Below the pieces are notes generated by a model that ran no database searches, was not told the origin of the DNA, and was given only the letters and a program-made list of their open reading frames with translations. Positions 39,975 to 52,707 of a DNA stretch of 64,000 bases are shown here, piece by piece. The first letter of the stretch is position 1. Every line of letters begins with the position of its first letter. The stretch spans positions 61,752,001 through 61,816,000 of the forward strand of contig NC_086381.1 in NCBI RefSeq assembly GCF_036588685.1, read 5' to 3'. This DNA is from Mytilus trossulus (Eukaryota). A program made the position numbers and the translations under genes.

Positions 39975-40245
39975 ATGTACGGGTGATCACTTCCAGACAG
40001 AGGCAGTTAAAATATCTGTACGGGAATGAGGATTATTTATAAGACTGAAATTATTGTATTATTTGCTGGAAATGTGGAATATGAGGAATTTAAAGCCATC
40101 CGTGAGTAGTTTTTGATGAATCAGCTGGACAAATGCTGGAAATTATACAGTTTTCTCCCACCTTAAAACAGTACATGGTATATCATGGACACCAAAAGCA
40201 AACTATAAAGATCTAAATGCCATAATTTTGTGCATCTTGAAAACT
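39975..40245 (+). pseudogene. Degenerate OTU/vertnin-like coding remnant inside the Kolobok-like element
   Basis: Broken frames give CTGD, LYGNEDY, IRLKLLYYLLE, ISWT and HNFVHL, resembling the TGDGNC..LYG.E...R...W...NHFVPL pattern of vertnin-type OTU domains. Followed by a GT-AG intron-like segment at 40327-40500. Confidence 0.45.
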
Positions 40246-41442
40246 GGAAAGGCGGATCACTTTGAAGCAGATGATAGTGATAGTGTTTAAAAGAATTCTT
40301 TGTGACAGTTATACCAGTTGGAACAGGTAATAGTTTAAATTATGAAAGTTTAAAATTACTTCTCGGATAAATCATGTGTACTTGAATATATGTATATAAT
40401 ATTAAAATTCATCTTATTTAATATAATTAATTTAAAACATTTTCAAGCAAAAAACTGATGTTTACATGTATAGCTTGACTATTCCTTCATTTGTTTTCAG
40501 GTGACTGAGCTTACAGAAAATCACACATGAAACTGTGACCAGTTTGGGAGACTCATACAACAGAACATTTCAATACCTATTAAGTTTTTTATGTATATGT
40601 TTGACTTTTGGTAATATTTTGGGGGTTACTTTAGTAATTGAGAGACCTCAATATTGAAAATGACAATTTTGATAGAGGACAATTTTAAGAATATCAACTT
40701 AGTTGTTTATGGATCTTTATCTTTTAAAATATTACTGGGTGTCTGAAAGAATATTTAAATTTTTTCTGAAACTATTTAGATATTTATCATGTTTCATGTG
40801 TTTATATAGGCAAATATTTATACATGTCATTTATGTTATGCAAGGGTTTATATGAATTTCTAAAAAGATGTATATATGTGTTGATAAAATAAGTTCCAAA
40901 TTATTACAGAGTAACAGAAAATGGGATCAATTTATATTAAAACAAATCTGTTAAAAGGAAATGAAAAGTCAAAAATTGTATTTTTTTTAAATAATTGTGT
41001 TAACATTTTTGTGCTATTTAGAAATATGTACACCAAAAAAAATAAACTTTAATATAAGTATCAATGTAGTATGCCCTTGTTATTTTTTGGTTTTGTGCAG
41101 TACATGCATTTGAATCTTGATAAAAATTAATGGATTGAATTAATAAACAGAATAAACTAATTGTTATATTAACACTGTAGCTAAGTATATGTCACATTTA
41201 ATCAGGTTAAGTTATCCGTCTTATTAACAAAGGAGGTTTGATATGATTGCGAATTTCAAGGCTACATGTACCTATCACAGTTCTTTTTAGGCCATAATCA
41301 TTGTGATGTATGGGAATAATTCTTTGTTGTCATATTCTGACTTTTATACAAACCAAGTGATGAAGATAAAGGGTGCTTCTATTTCCAAAGGTTTTGAAGA
41401 AACTGCTATGGAACACAATAAAAATCAGAAGATGTAGTATAA

Positions 41443-41561
41443 CAGTGGCAGATCCAGAAATTTTCATAAGAGGGGGCCCACTGGCTGACCTAAGGGGGGT
41501 CTGCTCCAGTCACGCTTCAGTGATTCCCTATATTTGTCCCCCCCCCCTAAATCCGCCTCTG
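41443..41561. mobile_element. Small TIR element (CAGTGGC(A)GAT / ATCCGCCTCTG) nested in a dispersed repeat
   Basis: Inverted termini. Interrupts aagatgtagtataa|...|cagacaactctcc. Confidence 0.65.
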
Positions 41562-42544
41562 CATAATTTTAATCAGACAACTCTCCATTAAGAGACCATA
41601 CAATGTAAAAGTTTATAGTAATAGGTACAGCCTTCAATAAAGAATTAAACCACTCTGCATAATCATATTTGATTTTGCAAAAACAAAGAGCATGCTTATT
41701 TATAGATTTTGTCACTATCAATTATATACGTGCATGTACTAATGTATTTATATAGTGTCTGTCCTTGATTTGAAATCCCCCCCCCCCCAAAAAAAAATAA
41801 ATTATAAATGGACAAGATCCATGGTCATGATGGTCATGCCAGTTGGGAGTTCAGAATATATAAGGTTGAGAAATGAGGATCTAATCATTTATTATTCGAC
41901 CGCAAACAATTTTTGGGAATGTATAATGGTATGATGTCGTCATTGTTGTTGTTTGAAGACACATTGGTTTCGGATAATAACTTTAGTTTAAATTAATGGA
42001 TATCTATGAAATTATGTTATAAGGTTCAATTCCCCTAAAGGAAGGTTTGGATAAATTTGGGATGATGGTCCTTGGAACACAACAGATTGTCTTGAGGTGC
42101 TGCACACATGTGCCAAATATCAAAAGATTTTGTCAAAGGGCAAACAGATAATGCTCCCGACACAAAATTGTAAACAAAAGTCATCTTTTTACTTTGAGGT
42201 CAAAGGTCAAAGTACAGGAAAAAATTGTATTTTAGGTATCTGTGGTATTGACCTATGATCTAGATGCCAATTCAGTGAGAATTTTGTTGCATCTTCCAAC
42301 TAAGTACTTTCATGGTGAAAATTTGTACAAAAAAGGCCTACAGGAAATGAATAGTGTACATTTAATGCGTGCTATGGCAACCAAAGGAACAAAGTGGCGA
42401 CAAGACTACAACTTTTTTTCTTTATTTTTTTTCATCAAAAACTCACTAAAACATGATAAATACAATAAAGATGCAAAAGTGTATGGTATTTTGCAACTTA
42501 ATCCATGTAATACCATTTTGGTTTGCCGAAGCATAATTTTCTCA

Positions 42545-43935
42545 ATATTACAATTTTCCTTATTTTTTGCATTTTTTTACTGAATTGTTTTAAAAAGAGT
42601 AAAAAAGATACCAAAAATTGTACTTTCATTAATTTTATGCCCCTCCTACGATAGTGCCTCCGTTCGTCTGTCCGTCCGTCCGTCTGTCCCGCTTCAGGTT
42701 AAAGTTTTTGGTCAAGGTAGTTTTTGATGAAGATGAAGTCCAATCAACTTGAAACTTAGTATCATGTGCCCTATGATATGTTTTTTTTCTAATTTAAATG
42801 CCTTATTAGAGTTTTGACCCCAATTTTACGGTTCACTGAACATAGAAAATGATAGTGCAAATTTCAGGTTAAAGTTTTTGGTCAAGGTAGTTTTTGATAA
42901 AGTAGAAGTTTAATCAACTTGAAACTTAGTGTACATGTTCCCTTTGATAACATCATTATAATTTTAATGCCGAATTAGAGAATTTATTCCAATTTCACGG
43001 TCCACTAAACATAGAAACTGATAGTGCGAGTGGGGCATCCGTGTACTGTGGAAACATTCTTGTTTTAAACCAACATAGTACTAGACTTTCATATCAGAAG
43101 TAAGTCATAAATGTTGTTTTCCTCTGGTGATGGATAATTGAAAACGGTTAACAACTGGCTTTTCTTAAATTTTCTCAATTTTTCTTATTTTAGCATTTTT
43201 TTACCTTATTTTTTTTTAAATCAAAAAGATACCAAAAATTTCATTTCCATCATTTTTCACACCAAACTAGTACTAGACTTGCATAAAGGTAGTTTATTCA
43301 TAAGTGTTGTTTTCCTCTGGTGATGGATAATTGAAAACGGTCAGAAAACGGCTTTTCTCAAATTTTCTCAATTTTCCCTATTTTAGCATTTTTTCACCTT
43401 ATTTCTTGAAAAAAATCAAAAAGATACCAAAACTTTTATTCTCATTATTTTTTACACCAACATAAAACAAAACTTCCATATAGGTAGTTAAGTCATAAAG
43501 GCTGTTTTTCTCCAATGATTGATCATTGAAAACGGTTAGAAACTGGCATTTCTTAATTTTCCTTATTTTAGCATTTTTTACCTTATTTTTTGAAAAAAAT
43601 CAAAAAGATACCAACAATTTTATTTTCATTATTTTTTACACCAACATAGTTCTAAACTTCCATATAGGTAGTTTAGTCATAAGGGCTGTTTTTCTCTAAT
43701 GATGGATCATTGAAAACGGTTAGAAACTGGCATTTCTCAATTTTCTCAATTTTCCTTATTTTAGCATTTTTTTACCTTATTTTTTTTAAAAAATCAAAAA
43801 GATACCAAAAATTTTATTTTCATTATTTTTTACACCAACATAGTACTAGACTTCCATATAGGTAGTTTTGTCATAAGTATTGTTTTTCTCCGATGACGGA
43901 TAATTGAAAACAGTAAGAAACTGGCTTTTCCTCCA
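42545..43935. repeat. ~190-bp tandem satellite-like array (~5.5 units) near the right end of the Kolobok-like element
   Basis: accaacatagtactagact anchor at 43069, 43261, 43456, 43640 and 43834. First unit interrupted by a HINE. Confidence 0.9.
42633..43063 (+). mobile_element. HINE-like non-autonomous Helentron nested in the satellite
   Basis: 5' ttttatgcccc, (GTCC)n microsatellite, two ~170-bp internal repeats (ttcaggttaaagtttttggtcaaggtag), ggggcat inverted motif, 3' cattcttg-TT. Inserted in a T run. Confidence 0.85.
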
Positions 43936-46389
43936 TACATTTCAATGGAAAATAGCGGTTTGAGCCCTTATATTGAATTTCATTAAAAAAAATGTCAAAT
44001 TCACAAAAAATTGAAAAAAAAATTATATATTCCCAGTCAGTTTGTTATACTGAAAGGGTAAAATATAAGTTTGACCAAATCAATTTTTTTTAGTTGAACA
44101 GTCCTGCCTGGTGCTCTCTGACATTACCTCTTAACATAATCAAATTCATCGGCAAAAGTACTTATCGGATTATATGCTATCGTTTTCTTTGTTTAGGAAA
44201 ACACCGAATGCGCTTTATAACTAGATTCTGCCATATTTCGCAAACACAGTAGACAAATGTAATAATATGAATGTTTAAATGTATAAATGTAAAAAAAAGT
44301 GTTGGGTACAATTTGATATGAGCAAAAGCCGGTATAAGATTTTTAAGCTCATGATTTTTTTCAAGTTTCTTTTAAAGAGGATTTTCTTGACGTCCTATTC
44401 TACATAAAAAGGATAAGGCCCAAAAATTCAAACAGATTTAAAATTCATGGCTTTAACTTCTGTCTACATATAATCCCCTTTATAATCAAATCACAACGAC
44501 GGCTAATGCGAATGTAAAGAGTGGCGCTCTTATGTGGTGCTAAAATAGAAAAAAATGGAAGAAAAAAACTCAAGTTTAATATATATTAGTCCGAGAACGA
44601 TGTCAGAATAGGTAACAAAAGAAACTAAGCAAAATGACAACGATACACTGACAAATAAATTAACAATGACAATTAACAGTTATTGACATGCTAGTTTTTA
44701 TTACTTTTAAGGTGTGTTATTTTCATAGCATCAATTCATAAAACGCCTTTTTAAAAGCTTTTTGCTTCAAAAACAAAGAATCAGTGTTTGCCACTAGACT
44801 TTTAGATAAACCCTTAATGATTTAAAGACGCCAGCTATTATTTTGTTTGGGTTAACCCATTCGTGATATTTATGGCTTATCTTTGGAAAAAGTAAAATTT
44901 ACAGAGCACGATAACAACAAAGAGAAACGAAATGTCATTTATCAGTATTAGAAATACTAAAAACAAAGAGATAAATCAATGCTTTATATTACATTTAACC
45001 GTATGCATCAAAGAAAATAAAACAAATGCTCGCAGCAGGCAAGATAGAAGTCGTAAATCTTTTGATACTAACATAATGTATTATTCGACGCGAATATATC
45101 GACCAGTTTACCTTTTAACATTCATATATAGCTTGCAGATAGTCCCGTCATAGATAGTATTAAAATGGAAATGACATAATGCAATAGCATGATTTGATAA
45201 TTATATTTTTTCAAAATTTCTTTTCAATAATTTCTCTCAACAACGACATCTGATATAAAAGCTTCTAAAACGATTGTACATCTTTATAAATACTTTATGA
45301 ATCAAATTATAACACCGCTTATACCGGCTTCTGTGTTTTAACAACTTTACGAAGAAAACAAATACTGAATAAGATATGCTAAGGTTAATTTACCTTTTGG
45401 TGTCAAAAAGCGGCATCATGCTTTTGTACTTTTAGTAAAATAATTAGGAAAGACCATTGATCATTGTTTAGTTTTTTTTAGAACAAATGTTTGATAAAAG
45501 AGAACAAGTTTTGCATTGAGAATATTTTTAGTAAAATAACTTATGCTACAAGGTCTTTTTTAAACTTGAATATTATAACTTGAAAACGAATTTCAAGGAT
45601 TAATTAATCTTTAACACATTATTTCTTTTAAAACAAGTTTATCTCTTTTAAAACAATTAAACTTTACATTTGTGTACCTTTAATTTGTAAAATCAAGGAA
45701 TATTAAAAAGCATATGTTGTAGCTCAAAGCATAATTTATATATTTGTGGACATTTCTAATACATAATCGATTTGACTAGACAGTTTCTGCTATTCAATTT
45801 ATTTTTCTGTTTATTTTCTTTGTATTTCCCCAAGCAATGTCAAAGCTTGATGAAAGTTAAAGCCAGCAATAAATGAAATCTTATAGACGGAAGGAAAGTA
45901 TCCAGAGATATATGTCATCAATTATTCGTGATAATTTCAATTAAAATCAGTCGGTCGATCAACTTGTGATGGCTGACATACAGCTCAAGTGATAATAATT
46001 CAACCCTTGTTTTTAACAATGATCAAATTAGTGTTTCTAAAAGCAATTGTCATGTATCGAAAGGGTCATAAGGCATGCCATAAGCTGCTAAAAGAGTGTC
46101 TTACATGGATGTAACATAAAAGTGTGCTAATCTTTTCGCCAACTTACGTTTTTGTTTTTTGTTTTGTTCATATGAAGCATAATACATGCAGGAGGTCGTT
46201 CTTTCATAAGCAATCCACATTTGGATAAATAGCATCACCCTTTAACATCAAGTTCCTTTATACAAATGGATTAAGCTGAATACATGTTGGAATGGTTAAT
46301 GACTTGATAACATTCGAATTGAAATTAAAGGTGCCACATATTCCGACCATTTGCTTCATATCAGGAATAACTTCTAGACATTGACAAAG

Positions 46390-46865
46390 ATGTTAACATG
46401 AGAAGCATCTGATAGGACAATACAGATTGTTTCAGCTTTGTAAATTTGAACTTTAAATGTATATGTAGCATCATTCCACCAGAAAAGAGGGACGAAATAT
46501 ACTAGAGGGACAGTAAAACTCATAAATCAAAAATAAACTGACAACTGACTAGAAATGAAAGAAAACAAACAGACGAACTATAGAACGCTTGACACAACAT
46601 ATAAAACTGAGGAATAAGCAACACGAAGCCCATCAAAAACTATTGGTGATTTTAAGTGCTCCGAAAGGTTAAGCAGATCCTGCTCCACATGTGGCACCCG
46701 TCGTGCTGCTTATGTTATAAACAAATCTAGTAAAACGTCTTATTCTGTAGGTCATATTCATGAAAGATAATGTTACTACGTTATCTCCAGGTTGATATAC
46801 TATTCAAGAAATAATAAAGAACGCTATCATGATGTGGTTGACTATTACGGAAAACTATTACAACT
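46390..46865 (+). mobile_element. Degenerate Penelope-like RT C-terminal remnant, interrupted by an inverted dispersed repeat (46483-~46760)
   Basis: Frames give DCFSFVNLNFKCICSIIPP, then YVISRLIYYSRN...YHD, resembling the DDFNF.IVNFP...SNIP / YISQLIRY.R motifs. The interrupting repeat is the reverse complement of the family at ~1480-1638 and 21717-21865. Confidence 0.5.
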
Positions 46866-49772
46866 ATTGTAGACTGTTATTTTACCTTTATGTCGTCGTG
46901 TCGCTTTTTTTCTCTTCAATTTTTCTAATTGATAATTTCTGTTTATTTTCTTAAACTATAGTCTATGTTAGGATAACCTTATGATTGAAACAAAATATGT
47001 ATTTTAGTTCGATTTATAAAGCGTTTAGTGCATTTAAATAACGCAGCCTCAAAAACTAATTGTAGAACTAATTTTAGATCATTGTCCTGGTTTACTAAAT
47101 ATATTCATTGTATTCTCACACATTTAGCATCAATAGAAAAGACAAATATAGTTCATATTAGTTTTAATAGGTTGGTTTTAGTAATTATGTTTACAATCAC
47201 CACTCATTATTCTATAATAAAACGATAACAGCGGATGCGTTATAGTATGTACATGCTAAAGTGAAATATTAATAGTTGGACATAATGATTTTATGTTTAA
47301 ATTTCGCTGTATAATTCACTGTTACGTAGTTTATACACATAGATATATTAAAACATTGTTCTTTTACGGAAAAGAATTAGAAAATTCAAAAATTTGAATA
47401 TATTTTGGTTAACCAATGATATTGATTGTATATGATAAAAGTATTGTCATAAAATCATTAAAGTTTGATATTAGTAATAAAATAGGGTGTAATTATAGGT
47501 TTTTGAACAATGTATCAACGTAATAAGAATCTTTAATTATTTATTTTTCTGAAATTACATATTTGAACTCTTCTTTGTGTTTATAGACTATTATATATAT
47601 AAATTGTAATTACAATATTCTACAGAATATAAACATGATAAAGGTCAATCTGTCGAAGGATGTTCATACTCTTATGTCAAAAATCCAGAACGCAGAATTA
47701 AATTAAATTTCCTTAGATACGAAGATAAAGATGTATACGCAAGACACGCGTTTCGTCTACAAGAGGACTTTTCGGTGACGATTGAGTAAAAAAAAAATAA
47801 CAAAAAGTAACAAAAAATAAAGTTTAATAAAATACTTATTGAAATAGCACTGACCCTTAATTTCAAATGTTTTATCAAATACAGCTTATATCATCTATTC
47901 CTGTGACATTTTTCTGGGAGGTATACATGAATTTTAAACTGGTATAACGTTTTGCTATGCATGTACCGATTTATTTTATTTATAGATGGATATAAAAAAT
48001 CCGTTGGTTCTAAAATAGCTCGAAGAGTTCATATATTTATGATCCATATACACATTTTCTACGTCAACTATAGTATATGAAAAAAAACCAATCCTAGTTA
48101 ACAGTTGGTACCGATAACAACCTTCGAGAAATAATCATTGAACTCAACAATTTATAATCTAAATGACTCATCTTTTATCAACAAAAATGGAAATAACGCT
48201 GCGCCACATGATGAAGTTTAAGCAATATTTTGACGTTGATATCCAATCACAACATTTTTTGTTTTACGATTTTCCAAAATGATGTCACCAAACCGTAAGA
48301 ACCTGAAATAGATTGGTTTTCTATTTGGAAACAGAAAATCAAATCTTACAATTTAAGAAAATATGAATACCATCTCGTGACTGAATATATTAGGTTTGTT
48401 TTGACTATCAAGATTGTAGTCTGCAATTTCATGACAATGAAGCAACTGTACGACCTGTAAATATGCAGAATGTGTCTAAGTTTTTTATTTTGATATATTT
48501 AAAAGAGACTTGATTTGTACGGCGTTTGAGGTGTGTGCTATAGAAGACCTACATTCTGTTCATATATCTTGCTTTCTTCATAGTATTTTAAGTACACAAA
48601 ATATTTCAAATGACGTCTTCAAAATTAGGCATATTGTTAACTATTCACACGTTAGAGAGAGAGAGAGGTTTAGTGCTATAAAAGCAGGTTCAATCCACCA
48701 TTTTCTACATTCGAAAATGCTTCTATCAAGTCAGGGATATGACAGTTGTTGTCCATTCGTTTGATATGGTTTTTTTCTTTATTTTGCCATTTGTTTGTTG
48801 ACTTTCCGTTTATTTTTCCTTGGAGTACAGTATTTTTGTGAATTGACTTTTAACACTTGTATTAATTTAGCTCATAGGGCATACAGCGGGAGGTTTATAA
48901 GTTCTATTGGTCTAAGAATGCTCAAATCACCACCAACATCGAGTGACATATTTTGTTTTCGTTTATCAATGCTAGCAATGCAACTTAGTTGAGGTTTCCG
49001 ATTAACAACTGCTTAAAGACGATTTTTTTCTAATCGTATCATAAACAAAGTTTGTTGCAATCGGTGCCGACCTGTACACCATCTTGACGAAAACGATGAA
49101 CCAATTCAAATAAGTAACTATTTAATTGCGTAAAACTTTGTAATAGTCACTGTAAGTTATTGATGCCAACCCACTACACCAATCAACATTTGAGTATAAA
49201 GAACTCGTTGCTCTCACAGTGATATATATGGATTCTTTAATCATCTTAAGCATAGCTTTAGTCCATCTGATATTCCTTTGTTGTTATTATAGGATTATTT
49301 TATGCATATATCATTGCCCTCTTTGGTATTTCTTTAATTAAATCAATTCCATGAACCGGTCGTTTTTAGATTTTAGTATGTACATGACTTCCAGTTAATA
49401 AGAAACGAACAATAAATATGTCGCAATTTTGAATTTTTCATCACGCAGTTGTTTGTTTATGGTTTTTCTTGTTGACCGTTGCCATGTAATTTTCGCATCA
49501 TTGCCTTCTTCCTGAAATATGGTATTGTGACTGCAAAATCATGCAAAAGATTGAATGGAATTTATAAAAACTAATGTTTCTAAGTTCAAATTTATTGATA
49601 TCTTATATAGCAGAACTTTTCTGTTGATGTACTTCTTGAAACATGGGGAAAAAACTTATCTCTCAAGTAATGTTTTTGTATAAAATTATACAAACACGTT
49701 ATGCTTTGAAGTGTTCTGCTTAGTGTGCTCATCTACTTCGTATTTGAGTTGGACTTGCAGTTGTTTGATTTA

Positions 49773-49817
49773 AGCATCACTGATGAGTTTAATGTTGGCG
49801 AAAAGTGAATTTGGCAT
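49773..49817 (+). ncRNA. Degenerate minimal hammerhead motif
   Basis: gcatca-CTGATGA-gtttaatgttggc-GAAA-agtgaatttggc. Core boxes intact, stems eroded. Same family as 57887-57933. Confidence 0.45.
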
Positions 49818-50980
49818 ACACAGTAATAAAGCTTACATCGTTCATAAGTTTTTTGTTTAATTTTACGGTTCAATATTGGGTTTCATAAGCTAAGTAACCA
49901 AGGCGGTAATCATAAATGATTTTCAATGTACTTTTTTTCAATTTTATTTTGTTTAATATTCAGGTTTATTTTCACATATACATTTATATATACAAATTTC
50001 ATTTATATTTTTTTTTATAAGAATTTAGATATCAGAAAAATCAAAATATGGGTAACACTAATGTAACAATTAAAAACCCTTTACTATCGAATGAGGATGC
50101 TGAATTATCTCCTTAAACAAAAAGTCAGAATGCGGAGGGAATAAATCAATATGATTTAAATAATTTTTTTTTATTAAACAAAACAAAAAAAACCAGGAAC
50201 AACGATAAAAGTAAAAGGCTATATCCATCATGGATCAGTCATGTCGCAGTCTTTAACTCTGTATAGACGTGCATGGTCAGATCCTCTCTACCTGTTATCT
50301 ACGATACTGGTGTACTGATAGATGGCTTACTGGCCTACTACTTTTGAAAACAAAATCCATTTCAACGCTGTTTGATTTTGATTCTGATAGGTGTAAATGC
50401 CCGAGTTAGTCTATACTACAAAACTCAAATTGATGTTAGCGTAATGTTATGCCGACTGACATCTGTAAACCTGTATTCGTAGTGATGGATAATGAGCCGC
50501 CTTTTCACAGTTCTTGGTTCTTGTCACCGATTTATTGACCAGTACTTCATCAAAGTGTTCAGTAGGTCAAACAGCTGACCAACATGACCACGATAATAGC
50601 CGTTGTGAAAAAGAAACTAAACTATTTAAAATACCAAACTATTGAAGAGGATAAAACCGACATGAAACAGCATCCCACAAAACCCCTTGACAAACAGGTT
50701 ATAGGAAAAAAAGTAAAACAGATAATGCATGGTGTCAGATATCTAGAACTCATGACTTGTAGTTTTAGTTATAATTATGTACACCACATTTAGGATAGAT
50801 ATTGTCAATTTCGCTTTATATTTGTAGCTGCTATCTGCTCATATAGATTCCGAAATAAGTTGCATGGCATGTATTCATATAGCCTTTGCTGATCAAGTGT
50901 TTGAGTTTAAGCTGAACAGGTGAATGTTAATTCAATAAATCGCTTTTACAGCACACACATTTATTAAATGTTATTTCCAT

Positions 50981-51780
50981 TTATCCAAACAGTTTGAATG
51001 CGTCAAACCAACTACCTTTTACCAAATTGAATAGACGTGGTGTTTCAAAATAACAAAATAAAAATACGTTTTGATCATCATCTAAAACATTTTCAATTAA
51101 CAATGACCGGAACTTTTTGTTATAAAGGTGGTACAATTCTAATACAGCCGATTGATGTCCGCCACAAAAGCCTCCAGGTAATGCAGGGTCAATACTTTCC
51201 TTGTGTAATCTAATCCCATACTTTTTATACATTTCTGTGCCGTGTAGTTGTATGAACGTTACTGTTTTGTTTAAGGCAAGAAGTTTTGATGGTGTCCACC
51301 CTTGAACATTATGAAATATGTGTTCATCGCCATGACCATAACCGCCATCTATCCAAAAAAAATGAGAGGTATTGAATATGTTAACTTCAATGGCATCCTT
51401 TAAGAAAGACAGCTTATTATTCGTTAGAATGATATAGTCTACCGAAAACCCTTCTGGGTTTTGTAGCATGGTGTTATTTTCTTTAAACTCATCTGTTTCT
51501 ATAACATTGTATATAATTTGTCTGTATCTATTGAACTCAATTTTTGAAAATCGTTTCACCATAAAAACAATATTTGAATGTATCAGTTCACTATATTGTT
51601 TTCTTATTAACTTTTCTGTTGACTTTTCACAAAAAACAACAAGTTTTGCATTCAATTTTAAGATATGCAAAAAGTACTGGATATATGTCATGAACGATCT
51701 TTTCCAATTATTCCAGTTGCCTCTGCCAATGTCATAAATAGCTGTTACCAGTGTGGCAGAATTTTCATTATATCTTGTAT
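50981..51780 (-). CDS. HtrL/YibB-family (putative glycosyltransferase) protein, terminal exon carrying the entire conserved domain
   Basis: Motifs TLVTAIYDIGRGNW...RSF..Y...F, NPE...Y.....K..FL..AI..N.F.T.HFFWIDGGYGH, GGF.GG, DDDQ, W...F match the HtrL_YibB family. Polypyrimidine acceptor (tttttatatttcacttatgattttag) at 51782-51781, TAA stop, AATAAA at 50965-50960. The ORF-track start at 51823 is intronic. Confidence 0.88.
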
Positions 51781-51850
51781 CTAAAATCATAAGTGAAATA
51801 TAAAAAGATATAGACCTTAACAATAACTCATACTATTCGATGTTGTTTAC

Positions 51851-51908
51851 TATTTGATGTGATGAACCTTTTGTGTACTACATCATTTACATATAGGTAT
51901 TTTTTCAT
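51851..51908 (-). CDS. Candidate upstream exon of HtrL-like gene (MKKYLYVNDVVHKRFITSN)
   Basis: ATG at 51908. Phase-1 donor AATA|gtaaac at 51850 gives a 70-nt intron and an in-frame 285-aa product. The donor is weak, so the true first exon could lie elsewhere. Confidence 0.3.
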
Positions 51909-52381
51909 ATACTTGAATTTTGTAATTATCCTACATTTATGAGTTTTATCTTATCGTTGTGAACGTAATAATGGAATTATAATACTAAATTAAAATACTG
52001 TTTAAATACTATATATTTTTTTCTAGTTTTGCCATTATGTTCGCAACAAACTCGTAGGAAATAAAATAAACAAAAAATAATATTTTAAAAAGAAATTAAA
52101 ATGTCTGTGTTATTGAATTTAATGAATTCTTTGTCATTTTGTCGCTTTTCGTTTTTTCAATTGTATTATCATTTTAGTATCCCTGCTCCTCTTTTAAACG
52201 CGTTTTGATATAAAACGGTAACAATAAAAAAAGTATGTATCAATATTATAACTAATCTTTCAACTCCCTCAGGCAAAGATGGCGTTAGATGAATTTGGCT
52301 ATTTATTTTAGGTATTTTTGACATATAGCTCTTCAACGGTTTCGGTACTTATCCAGCATCGGATTTCAAATGCTTGGCTTT

Positions 52382-52426
52382 GAGCGTTTCTGATGTAGGT
52401 TAATTCAAAAAAGCGCTTCGGACGCA
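52382..52426 (+). ncRNA. Degenerate minimal hammerhead motif (second family) in a ~200-bp repeat (52260-52460)
   Basis: gcgttt-CTGATGT-aggttaattc-aaaa-AAGCGCTT-C-ggacgc. Related copy on the minus strand at 37693-37735. Confidence 0.4.
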
Positions 52427-52491
52427 TAAAAGTATTAATCGTGTTGTTTTCAATTTTTTAACCAACCCTTCATTAAAGATATTAGAAAATA

Positions 52492-52707
52492 CCGTATAGC
52501 GGGTTATTTTCGCGGGTGTGAAATTTCGCGATTTTCATTGAACAAGGTATACGAAATATTTTGCGGTTATTATTTTGGCGGATTAAAAACTTTTATTAAT
52601 ACCTTTGTATGAACACTTTTAATTTGGCGGAATTTATTTTGGCGATTAAGTTCTGTCCGCGAAAATAAGCGAAAATTTGCACCCCGCGAAAATAACCCGC
52701 TATACGG
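52492..52707. mobile_element. Tc1/mariner(pogo)-type MITE, 216 bp
   Basis: Perfect TIR ccgtatagcgggttattttcgcggg / cccgcgaaaataacccgctatacgg, TA TSD on both sides. Confidence 0.9.

Larger units (their letters stand above)
39422..44130 (+). mobile_element. TTAA-flanked Kolobok-like DNA transposon derivative (~4.7 kb) with nested insertions
   Basis: TTAA at 39418-39421 and 44131-44134. GA...TC termini. Imperfect inverted subterminal match gagaaaaccaggcagaact vs revcomp gagagcaccaggcaggact. Confidence 0.55.

Noticed and set aside
43069-43935. CRISPR-like or regularly spaced array (also 4761-4927, 36073-36183, 38141-38288)
   Set aside because: Units repeat along their full length with no unique spacers, the context is eukaryotic, and there are no cas genes. 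These are ordinary satellites and minisatellites.
51468-51737. Plus-strand 89-aa ORF
   Set aside because: Antisense shadow of the HtrL-like exon.
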